Shown here piece after piece: positions 52,591-64,000 of a DNA stretch of 64,000 bases; positions within the stretch are counted from its first letter, which is position 1, and each line of letters opens with the position of its first letter. The position numbers were made by a program, and so were the translations under genes. The stretch is from Nageia nagi (lineage: Eukaryota > Plantae > Pinophyta): assembly GCA_050084985.1 (NCBI GenBank), contig JBITNC010000002.1, positions 37,758,001 to 37,822,000 of the forward strand. Reading direction: 5' to 3'. The notes beneath the pieces were generated by a model. The model was not told the origin of the DNA, did no database searches, and saw nothing but the letters and a program-made list of their open reading frames with translations.

Positions 52591-54959
52591 TATGCATTTT
52601 TTCTCATTGTTGTTTTATGTTATAGTACTAAATTTCAAAATTCTATAAAAATGCACACAAATATGGATTTTAGGTGTTTATAATAACTTTTTTCAAAAAT
52701 GCAATGCAACTTCATGGTTTATGTATGACACATAAAAAAATTAAGTTTACTTTTTATATATAATGTATTATAAAAAATATCTTGAATGAAAACTAAGACT
52801 ATTTATATTCATTCTATTGAGGAAATATCAACCAATGCATGTAAACATGTTGCAAATGTTGAATGATACAATTTTATTGTTTAAATATGAATTCAAGTGC
52901 ATGCATGTAAAGATATAATGAATGAGATAGAGTCTATTTTCAATACATTCTACAATCAATTTTGATTTCAACTTTTTTTTTTTTTTTTATGTAATTATCA
53001 AATGCATTCACATACAAATAAGTAAATTAACATGAAATATAATATAATGTATGATTGAACACAACAAAGAAGAATTTATTTAAACAAGAAGAAAGTTCAT
53101 AACCCTAATAAGGAATTAATAAACATTGTTACCTCTTTGAAAGTTATCTTCCAAAAAATTCCAACCTGTATATACGTTCTTATATTTTTATATATGATTT
53201 TTTGATTGCATTTTAAGGACCTTATCAATGTTCTTCCTTTCCTTAAGATACTTTTCTTTCACGTAAGAATTTGCAGATCATTTTTTTCTCAAACAATAAA
53301 CATCGTGTAAATTCATATTTGAATGTTGTGACCTTCTACGTGCATTCAAATGCCTTCATTCGTAAACCCTTTACCCCTTATGGCACTTACTAAAATTCTT
53401 TATTCGTATGCAACTAGCTTTGGACTATAATTTGAAGCTGGTGAGTTCTTTGCATTCTCCTTGGAAATCTTACTCAGATATCAGCTAGCCTGATACAAAC
53501 TGATCCGTATAAAAATTCTATGTTATTACTAATATGGACCTGTAAGTTTTTTTTTGGGTGTGATTGTTTTATATCTAGAATGGATTAAATTGAAATTGGA
53601 AAGAACAATGGGTTTTCTATATTCAATACAAGGTTTTATGAAAGTTGCATGAACATACTATTTATGTTCTTTTTACTTCTTTGATAAATTGCAATTGAAG
53701 CAATATTGCATTCTACAAGTAGATGGATGTTACTTAAAATGCCACTTTCATGAAATAGGAAAGTGGAATCATCCATATGTTATTTAACTCTCCTTGTTGC
53801 TCTACAAATTACAAAACTATCGACTTTGCTTATGATACCAATTTGGAGAAATGGGTTGTTTTGAAGTCTAAAGTGGTGCTGCAATGCATTGTGGATGCCT
53901 GATTTTAAAGGCCTAGCTTATGGTTTTAGGTAAGGCAAATAAACCCTTTTGGCCACGTTTGAAATGGTGACTAGAGGTGAATCCTCCTAACTATGAGTAT
54001 AATCTGTAGATCTCAAAATCATAGGACAACGAAATATCGAAAATCCATTCACCAGAATAAAAATTTAAATAAATAATTGTTAGTTTAATGGTACAAGGCT
54101 TGTTCCAATAGGTTCTATATTCATAGTCTAGACTCTAGTTGGTCCATGGGTTCGCTCAAACTATCGGACATCCTCTTCAAGGAAGCATTCTTTGTGATAT
54201 TGCATGGAGCCTGGACTAATAAGTTTGGTTTACAGTTTGAGCCTTTAGGATCACCATCAAAGCAATTATAAGACAAGAAATGGATACCACATTTATTGAG
54301 AAAGTATTTTATTTTTTAGAAAGTATTTATTTTCTAAAATGCAGAGTATTGCCCTTGTATTACATGCAATTAGTCTTCAAATTCTGTAGATAGCAAGAGA
54401 ATTCTTCTTGATTTTGTTTGTATTTTACCATTCAATTTGGATGGGTTTTGGTGTTTATTCTTGAGTTCCATAATAGTTGGCTTCATCAAACTTTGTAGGT
54501 TTTGATTTCACTATTTTAAGAAAGTTCTAATTTGGATTGATAACATTATAAGGGTTGTACACTAATTGGGTCATTCTTTTTGCAGATGAAATGGCTACTC
54601 AATCCAAAGTGAGGCTTCTTAAAAGTAAAATTGTTGCAACTTTAAAGCTTTAAATAAAAAGCAATTTGTAACAATGTTGATGTTTTCATCTCTGACTTTA
54701 TTTGATTACTCTGTATAGTTAGATATATATCTCAATATCTATTATGGATATTTTTACGAAAGTGAATGGGATGAAGAAGCCTCTCTTCATCAAATTATAG
54801 TCTAAAGCCTCTCTTCCAAAGCCAAACAAACTTTCTAATATATTTTGGTTGGTTCTAATATAGTCCAACAGCTGAAAAAGAAGAAATGGTCACATAAAAA
54901 TAAAAAATAATGCCACAAGCCATGCACATGATGAACCACTTACCTCAGTTCAGAAACCT

Positions 54960-55502
54960 GGTGCCGTTGAAAACTTGGAGCTATCCCAAAACTTCTGCAA
55001 TCCAAAAAAAATTGTAAGTAACATAGAGTTAAGCCAAGGTTTTTTTTGCATCCAAAGAGTGACATAGCAAGATTTAGAGGGACTTACAATGGAATAATCA
55101 TTAAATTGTAACTAGAACCAGTAACACTCTGGCATCGCTGAAACCTTAGAGCTATCCTGAAACTTCTGCAATCCAAAAAAAATTGAAAGTAACACAGAGT
55201 TAAGCCAAGTTTTTTGCATCCAAAGAGCAACATATCCAAATTTAGAGGGACTTACAATGGAATAATCGTTGAACTGTAACTAGAACCACTAACACTTTGT
55301 TACTGCTGAAACCTTAAAGCTATCTCAAAACTTCTGCAATCCAAAAAAAAAATTAAAAGTAAAATAGAGTTAAGCCAAGTTTTTTTGCATCTAAAGAGAG
55401 ACATAGCAGGATTTAAAGGGACTTACAATGGAATAATTGTTGAACGGTAACTAGAACTAGTAACATTAGCATCGTTGAAACCCTAGAGCTTTCCCAAAAC
55501 TT
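54960..55502. repeat. Tandem repeat, ~170 bp x3.2
   Basis: Units start near 54969, 55140, 55308, 55477; shared aaacttctgcaatccaaaaaaa...agagttaagccaag...gggacttacaatggaataat...gtaactagaac. Confidence 0.92.
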
Positions 55503-55624
55503 GATGTCCAAATGATTCGCAATTATACAATTTAGGGTTATTAATGGTTAATAGCTACATCGAGATCCGAAAAAATTTTAAATTTTCTTGATTACGGCTT
55601 GATATCCATCCTTTTTTTAATATT

Positions 55625-56060
55625 ATTTGGTATAATCGTAAAGCAGTTATACTAAAAATAATATAATTTTTATTTGAATCAAGGTATAATCGCAAGGCGG
55701 TTGTACCTGACAAATTTAAAAAAAATGGCAGTCTAATCGTAAGGTGGTTTGGTATATAATACTGCACAAGAATAAAAAATGGTGGTATAATTGTAAGATG
55801 GTTTGATATAGTCACGATGCGAGTATATTCGACTAATTCAAAAAAGTTATGGTATAATTGCAAGATGGTTTGGTATAATCACTTTGCAGTTATATCCAAC
55901 TTAATAAAAAAAGTCGTAGTAGAATTGTAAGACGGTTTGATATACCCAAGAAAAATAAAAAAAATTATGGTATAATTGTAAGATGTTTGATATGATCACC
56001 TTACGATTATACTAGACAAAAACAAAAAAACGTAAAGAGAGCCGCCTTACGATACTCATT
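55625..56060. repeat. Degenerate tandem array of ggtataat(c/t)gtaag...gtttg(g/a)tat units
   Basis: Motif recurs about every 55-60 bp; possibly a DNA transposon subterminal region. Confidence 0.65.
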
Positions 56061-56318
56061 TATTATCAGAAAAATGATTTTTTCTGACTTCTACCATATA
56101 CTACGTCTAACATGTGTTAGAAATAACGTGTGAAAGAATTACGAAGGTAGAATATGCTTTGCCCCAAAGCCAAAGCTTCTTTATGGCCCGGCTGCTTGAA
56201 TACCCAGATGATTTGCGAGGGGTTGGATGCCATCATCACACCCTGCTTATTATTCTACATGTGAAAGATTCCCACCCGGAGGCAAAGCTAAAGCCATGAA
56301 GAAATAGAGGTAATCAAT

Positions 56319-56775
56319 ATGGATTGTTTTGCATCATGTAAACCAGAAATAGAGGAGGAGATATTTCCTTCTGCAGAACCGTGTCAAAATGCTGCCCAAC
56401 ATAGATAATCGTTACTATATCCATAATTCATATTGTATTGTTTGTTGAGATTAGCTGATTTTAGTATAGTTTCACCTAAGCTGAAGTTCTAAGCTTTTGT
56501 TTTGTGTGTTTTCATTTTTATTTGGCAGTCTGTACTTCAGGGTACAATGCCAAAGTCTCTAAACTTTTGATTTTGGAAACTAAGTGATACGTGTAAGAAA
56601 TATGAATCTATGAGAGAATCGCTTGGAGATTTTTTTTTTCTTTTCTGTTTGTGCCATGGTCAAAGTTGTGTTCTCTAAATTTATTTTGTATGACACTGTT
56701 AAGCAGGGTTATTTGTTACATGGAAAAACAATTTGAAAATTCAGCTGTAGAAGAGGCTGTTGTGCCTGATCAGAT
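56319..56775 (+). pseudogene. Degraded tandem duplicate of the downstream SVIP-like gene
   Basis: atggattgttttgcatcatgt vs atgggttgttgtgcgtcatgc; shared gtcaaaatgctgcc, intron-start sequence (gtttcacctaag, tgccaaagtctct, atctatgagagaat) and exon-2 flank taagcagggttatttgttaca...caatttgaaaa.tcagctg; both splice sites mutated. Confidence 0.88.
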
Positions 56776-56809
56776 TAAGATTTGCAATAAATGAAAGATA
56801 TTTCAACAT

Positions 56810-57650
56810 AATTTCATCTTCAATATGATTAATACTTCATTTCAAAGGGTATGTGATAAGTTTTTTTTATTATTATTGATTGCATTTTTTAATAAATAAG
56901 TATCTTTTAATTTCAAAGGGTAAATGTTAATCAGATTTTTATTATTATTGATGTAATTTTTTCAAGAAAAAATATTTTTTCATCTCAAAGATATTTATTA
57001 ATGAGCATTTTAGTGTTATTATGTAATTTTTCAATAAATTTGTATTTTTTCATCTCAAAGGGTATCAATTAATGAATTTTTTATTAACTAACATCTTTTC
57101 ACTTCAAAGGTACTTATGAATAAGTTTTTTATTATTATTGATGTAATTTCTCAATAAATTTATACCTTTTCATCTCAAAGAATATCTATTCATGAAGTTT
57201 TTATATTATTGATGTCATTTTTCAATGAATAGATACCTTTTCATCTCAAAAGGTATCTATTAATAAATTTGAGTATCTATTAATGAACTTTTTTTTAGTA
57301 TTGATGTAATTTTTGAATAAACGAGCACTTTTTCATTTCAAATGATATATATTAATAAGTTTTTTTATAATGAAACATCTTGTCACCTTAAAGAGTATCT
57401 AATAAACTTTTGATTATTATTTATGTAAATTTTCAATACACATACATTTGATAAGTATCTAATTTTTCAATAAACACCTCAAAAAGTATCTAATAAACTT
57501 TTTATTATTATTAATGTAAATTTTCAATACACATACATAGTATGAGTATCTAATTTTTCAATAAACAGTCACCTTTTCATTTCAAAGGGGTATCTATTAA
57601 ACCTTTTCAATAAGCATTAGTATTAAACCTTTTCAATAAGCATTAGTAAT
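56810..57650. repeat. AT-rich minisatellite, ~60 bp units
   Basis: tttcat(c/t)tcaaag...tatctattaata..ttttttattattattgatgtaatttt repeated more than ten times. Confidence 0.85.
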
Positions 57651-57988
57651 ATCATATGAAAACTTCAAAATTATATATAATCCCAATTATCCCATTATCA
57701 ATTTCCTCCCATTGGAACTTTCAGTCTCCGCTATATATTAGAAACTGTTAGTTGGACCAATAGACGGCCCCTATGCTAAAGTTGGGTATACCAGAGCGGG
57801 TGACCTGTTATTATATTCGACAAGATTTGGCGTCAGGCTATTTTAGCATACCTACCCATCTCTTGTTAATAATAATAACTAGTATTTCAGAGTTGGAACC
57901 GTGGGCTTTGGGCCTCAATCAGATCTGTCAATCAGTTCGGGGATTCAAGACGATTGGAAGCACCAGTAAGCTAACCATAAAAATCATT

Positions 57989-60484
57989 ATGGGTTGTTGT
58001 GCGTCATGCTTCGGTGGAGGGCACAGCCAGGAAGAAATAGAGCAGGAGAGATTGGCTTCTGCAGAAGCGCGTCAAAATGCTGCCAAGGCTGCCCAAGTCA
58101 GGTATTCATATACATAATTCATCCTGTATCTGGTTGTTGAGATTGGTCGATTTTAGTATGGTTTCACCTAAGTTAGAGTTCTTCAATTTATTACTTGAAT
58201 GCATGTGGTTTTATTCATTTTAATAAAATTTAATGCTATGAGAATCTGTGTTTTTTTTTTTAAATTGTACTTATGGGTACAGTGCCAAAGTCTCTTAAGT
58301 TTTTTATTTTGGGAGCTAATGATATGTGTATGAAAGCCAAATCTATGAGAGAATATCTATTACTTTTTTTTGGATGTGTATGTGGGAGGAGGGATTAGCA
58401 AATTGTGAAGAAAATAGCCTATGGATAATGTCTTGTAACGATTCCTATCATTAGTTTTCATGTATGGCATCAGTAGATTGGTTAGGAGTCAAACCTAGGA
58501 CCTCCTGGATTCAAACACAGACGTTTTTGAAGAATTGGTTTTGGTGCGTTGATTGATCTTGTAAACGTCTGTAACTTATAGCATACAAGGGCTGAGATTG
58601 GAAAGTTGGAAAGTGTGTATTGGATACTTATGGGTCCATGCTAGAATACCATTAATTTTACAGAGTGCAGTTGCTTTGTTCAGAAGTCACGATTTTGTTC
58701 AATTCAAGTCACCTCTTGTTTGTCTGGGTCAGTCTTATTTGTTCTGATGTAGCTTTTTTGGGCTAGTCTATGCCAATTGGATAATTTTCCATAAAATTAG
58801 ATGTGATTATGCATCTGGTTTTCAAAAAAAAAATTCCCCATGTGGATTATTCACTAATAGGCTCTTTGAATTAGGCTTCCAACTCAAATAGTAGTTGAAA
58901 GAGAGCAGTATACAAATTCAAATTATACATTGTGAAATGCCATGTAAGTGCCACTCAACCATTGCAGCAACCAATCTCTTACAAGTGTCATTGGAAGTCA
59001 AATGAATTATTAACTATTGTGGATAGGCTTCCCCTCTTGGAAAGTAACTTACTGTTATTCAGGTCTTTTTTTCAACTTCGTTAAGGTCACTTTTGCAACA
59101 ATTTAACTTTTCTTGGATTTACTTTTTCCTTTAGCACTAATTTATGCTATTGCTAGTAGATATAGTGGATCATTGTTTGTGTTTCGTAATAAAATCTATG
59201 TTTTTTATTCAAACATTTAGATATAATATCCGTACTTAGGAGATCAATGTTCTCAAATTAAGCGAATGGGGATAAGACTTAATGGTCGGCAAGAATCCCT
59301 GAAAAGAGAGTAGCTCTGCAGGCTTAAAAGGAAATTAAGAAAATTAAATAAAGTGTCTAACGTTAGAAATGCCAATAGTTATTAATACATGGAAAGAGGT
59401 GAGGTAGTTAACAAAGACTGTTCTCTTGGAAATGATTGTGCCCTGCAGAATAATCCTTGGCGATGTTGCAATAATTTTGCTAGAAGCCAAGGAGGAACAA
59501 AATTCAATATCCTCTTGATAAACAAAGTTAAACCCTTGACTTTAGGGAGGAGTGGGTAACGTAACATGGTTGTGGCCTAGTGCCTCATATCCTAAATGCC
59601 CTGGAGTATATTTGATACTACTCTGGTCCTAGAGCCTAGAAACAAAGTGGTCCAGTGTTGAACAAGCTGATTTGAACTGGTTTGTGATTGTCATCAAGGG
59701 TAGGTAATTTTCTGTAAAAGTACTTGCAATGGGATCAAATAACAAGGTAATCTGAGTAGCTGTCTATGAAGGACTCTAAGGTGAGTGATGTCTCAAGAAA
59801 ACCACCTCCCTTGTATACAAGCTGAGCATCTTCAGGTAGAAAGTGTAGAAGGTGGATATTGACCTTCTGAATCTCTGAAAACACAACAATATCTCACTGT
59901 TTCTGTTGTTAAGTGGGTTCCTAAAGGATTAATTACTTTTCACTTCACCTTGGCTATCAGTTGAGAAACTATCTCGAGACAAATCACTTCTGTTTTCACC
60001 TTGTCTTTGATTTGAGAAAGGGGTAAATTAATCATAGTTTCTTTTACATTCTTCACCAAGGAGTCTTTTTAATGCTTTATAGCTTCCAAAATAGAAGTGC
60101 AAATAATAAATTTGGGGAAAAGAGGACAAGCATGTTTTGTCCATCTCAAACATATTTCAGTTTTTTTTCGATGTGATTGATAAGCAGGGTTATTTGTTAC
60201 AGGCAAGAGCAATTTGAAAAGTCAGCTGCAGGAAGGGCTGCCCGTGCACAGATGGAAGCCCAAACAAAGCAGTCCAAAGCTTCTAATCCAGGGGAACCTG
60301 TGCTCAAGGTATTGGTTACAACTTTACAAGAATGTTCTAAGCAATCATGGTTCTATTGTTGCTTCTCGTCTTGATGCTTTTTTTTCAAATTGAGAACTAG
60401 TACGGTTGTCAATGCTGTATTGATTATCTGGACTGCCATAGACTCATAACTGATTTGTACTGTTTGCAGTGGCAAATGGGATGA
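57989..60484 (+). CDS. Small N-acylated protein, SVIP-like plant family, 77 aa; exons 57989-58101, 60203-60308, 60470-60484
   Basis: Phase-consistent GT-AG splicing gives MGCCASCFGGGHSQEEIEQERLASAEARQNAAKAAQVRQEQFEKSAAGRAARAQMEAQTKQSKASNPGEPVLKWQMG*. The gene structure is well supported; the SVIP label is recalled family resemblance. Confidence 0.88.
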
Positions 60485-62099
60485 TGATTTAAGAGAGCAC
60501 TACTGAATGGAATGTTATAATCCAAGAAAATCAATGAACATTGTGGAACCTTTGGCGTTTTACAATGTTCATGTGCTCTCCTGTTTAACAAATAAATATT
60601 TGTATAAATGTAATTTCTTGGTCCTCTTTGTCAATGTGCTCTGTTAAAATGTAATTGTTTCATTCATTGTTCATGATAAGTATGGCCTTTTAAGAATACA
60701 AATGGTTTGAATTTTTGTTGTAATGTACATTGTACCTTATGTGTATTCTGTGCTGTGTTATTTTTCCAAGTTCCAACTAGTCAATGGCAACAATGCTACT
60801 GTATTAAGTACTATTCTAGTCAATGTATGCTTGTTTCCCTGGTGCAGAATTTTACATCTCATCTGGCTGTGTATCTGGAAGCAAACATTATGGTGCATGT
60901 TGGTTTTTGTTTTGCATTTTGTCCCAACTAATGGATAGCCTTTTATGGTTCTGAATATTTATCAGATTCCTTTCACTTTTCTTTAGGCAGCAGGAATATT
61001 GTTGAGGTGTTTCAAGCATAATAGTGTGCCAGTGCAGGGTAATTGCATTCCCATTTTCTGGCTTTTCTAAATGATTGAAGGGCTTGCTATCTAAATATAT
61101 GGCCTATTTTATATTCTTTTATATGCAGATTGTTATTTCACAATCACTATTGCATAATTTTAAGCTTGTTTGAAATTCCTTATCTTTTGGAGATGATTTA
61201 GGCTCACAAAGAACATTTCATGGCAGTAATCATATCATGTTACTGGAGCATGGTTAGATGACATAGCAATAATAGATGATTAATTGCAGACATCTAGCTT
61301 TTCAATTGGTGTGGAATGCATTGCAGTATAGATCAAATACATATTTTCTTGCATATATTACAACATAAGATCTCTCTCTTTATAAAGAAAGCTTGCCAGG
61401 CACATTCACTCGTAGAGAAATTGCTTATACAATACACTTCGCATTAAATAAATTTGTTGAGTTGATTTCACATGCCTTCTTGTTTATTCTTCAGCATAAT
61501 TATCACTATTCTAGTATGTTTAATTCTTATCACGTTGGATTTACAAATTTAATCCTAACATAACATGTTGGATCATAGGTCCATAGAAAAGTCAATCCAC
61601 GCCAAAATTATTTATAATATACTATACACTTGCTGATTGCACGTTCCTTCATGTTGTTGATTATTTAATATGATCATCATTTTTTTAATATCTTCAGTTT
61701 TCAACATATTGGATTATCAAATTCAATCCTTGACATGTTTTCTATTTGCTATATTTGTAATATTATTATGTTAAATGATAATATTTTGTAACTTTGTTTG
61801 CTTTTGCAATTTTTGGATCTACAATACATGATTTTATAGTTTGTTATGTCGAGATGATTTTGTAGTTTGTTATGTTGAGAGATTATTTCTTAGTTTATTC
61901 TATTCAAAGAAAAGGGTTAAGGAAATTGTGATATTCTTGGAATTTCAAATAACAACAAACAAGAAAATATTGTTGTAATATTGAACAAAATTGAAAGAAT
62001 TTATAATCACAACAATCAAGTATCATGAGCCATTACAATGCTTGCTAAAAGATATTTATAAGTATTCTAACCTAGAAGCTTAAGGGTTGACTACTCAAA

Positions 62100-62620
62100 G
62101 GACTCAAGTTATAACTCTTTGTATTCTACTATTACATTAAATGAATTAATTATGAAAATAACAATGGATTGATAATGTTAAGGAAGGTTCCTAACATTTT
62201 TTCTCCCTTAAAAAAGCTTTGTCATCAAAGTGAGGTACTATTACCTAAGATGATGTAAGACCTCCCATGTTGCATCTTAAATTGCCATGTCCTTCCATTA
62301 CACAAGTATTTTGTAATGGTTTGATTTTTTAGTGAATACGAGCATTGGCATAGGCTTGCTTTCAGTTCTAACTTGATTTGCTTCCGATTCTAACTTGATC
62401 AATCCTTCCTTTATAAGTTTTATGAGAATAGTTTGTACTTGTGTATGTTGTTCAAGAATTTTTGTGAGGTAAGAGATGTGAAAAACTAGCTGAATTTTTT
62501 AAGAAGCCAAGAGTTCCAATTTGTATGTAATTGCTCTAACTCATTGAAGAATATTGTAGATTCCATAAAAAACATAAGTGTTGAACTTTTGTTTTATTTG
62601 GAGTTGGAGGAATTTAATAA
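62100..62620 (-). mobile_element. Chromovirus-type gypsy 3' end (integrase C-terminus, chromodomain, PPT, LTR start)
   Basis: Minus-strand remnants TYKLEL, VFHISYL and DATWE; purine tract (plus ttttttctccct) next to LTR edge ctaaca near 62196. Confidence 0.7.
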
Positions 62621-63379
62621 TTCCTAGTTTGAATTTTGGATGCATCTTCCACATTCACACATCTCTTACAACAACTACTACGCGACAGACTACTTCACCT
62701 ATCGACATTTATTTCCTTTGTAGGCATGTATTTGAATTCTTAATGCTCACAATCTTATCAAATCTTTTTTGGATGCATAGACATGGATTCCCATTCCTTT
62801 TTGATAGATTTCATTTGTGTTTTTCTTAATTCTTTGAGCGGATTGTGAATCCCTTAGATGTTTTGGAGTCTCGAACACTCCATTTTCTTCTTTTTATAAA
62901 TAGGATTTAGTTTTTCTTTGTAAAATATGTAGGTGAGAATATTATAATGTTATATTGCATTTTTAGCACTCATAATAGAAAGTATTTCGTTTGCTCTGCA
63001 ACTCTTTATTTTCATTATCTTTGTGTGGTTGAGATTGTGTACAACTTTGAGTCTTCATGCAAGTGTCTTAAGTTAGTTTGAGGTATTTCTTACTGTTAAG
63101 TCCAGATTATAGCTTCTAAGTATTAGTCAAATTCTCATTTTGTGCTTTCAATCACGAAATATCTTGGTTTGCATTCTTGTTGGCCTGTTTGGGGTCTCAG
63201 ACAAGTCTGAACGCTTAAGTTTTTGACTTAGCTCTTTAGTTTCATGATTTTCTTTGCTGGAATCACATCCAAATCATATTTCCTCTCTTAGAATTGTTTG
63301 AATATGTTTTTAGGCCCTTTAGAGCATTGTTAGAACTCCATCTTCAAAACATGATGTATTTCAGGCTTTTGTGACCTTT

Positions 63380-64000
63380 CCTTGCTCGCCAAAAGCATTT
63401 TGGTGCTTTGCTATATCTTGTTGCACCTTTTTGTGCCTTACAAAACCTTGTCGTGTCGTGTTCATACTTTTGTTGATATCGTCGCTCTTATTGTGTGACA
63501 ATCAATGCTTTTCTCACTTCTTGTGCCACTCTTGAGTTTTTGCTGACATCATCGCTCTTGTGTTGTGTCGCAACTTCAATAGCTCTTCAAGTGTTTGTTG
63601 TACCTTCCCGCATCATGTTGTTGTTATTGCTTACATCATTGTTGATGTTATATGTCTTATCACTCAACTCTTAGTGATTTCTTGGCTTGTTGCATTGTTG
63701 TCAAGCTTTTGTTGATGTCATTGCTCTTATTGCATGGCACTCTATGTTTTTCTACTTATGTCGCATTATAGTATTATATTTGTTGACATCATCATGTGAA
63801 AAGTGCAGTATTTTTCCTTTTTCCCAATGCTGCATCATGACAACATTTATGCTAATGTCATCCCTACAAAAGCATGGGCCCTTTTTCTTCTCAGCATCAC
63901 ATCACAACTACCTTTATGTTAATGTCACCATCTTAAAAATATGGCATTTCGCCTTTTGCCTTGTCTTGCATCATGACAAAGCTTTTGCTGACATCTTAGC
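63380..64000. repeat. Degenerate subrepeat array (ttttg(c/t)tga(c/t)atcatc...), probably TE-internal
   Basis: Motif recurs several times up to the window end. Confidence 0.5.

Noticed and set aside
53400-54640. Possible extra gene (gtgagt donor near 53440, tttgcag acceptor near 54585)
   Set aside because: No coherent reading frame or recognisable protein could be built.
54960-57650. CRISPR-like arrays
   Set aside because: Eukaryotic context; units are whole tandem copies without unique spacers.

Overview
AT-rich, transposon-dense plant nuclear DNA; the long TE-filled introns and repeat style suggest a gymnosperm-like large genome (inference only). Three intact host genes: (1) an intronless PLS-class PPR gene (minus, 14402-16240) whose ancestral DYW deaminase domain lies decayed just behind a frameshift-created stop; (2) a six-exon SURF1/SHY1 cytochrome c oxidase assembly gene (minus, 23973-39206, 340 aa); (3) a three-exon 77-aa MGCC-starting SVIP-like small protein (plus, 57989-60484) with a degraded tandem copy just upstream. 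The rest is mostly Ty3/gypsy and Ty1/copia elements (some nested), Mutator-like MITEs, a probable SINE and local tandem repeats. The most notable observation is not in the ORF track: SURF1 intron 5 holds about 3 kb of degraded sequence with superfamily-1 helicase motifs followed by RNA-dependent RNA polymerase motifs (SGDDS), in the order and spacing of an alpha-like (+)ssRNA virus replicase, i.e. a candidate fossil non-retroviral endogenous viral element. All translations and alignments were done by eye.
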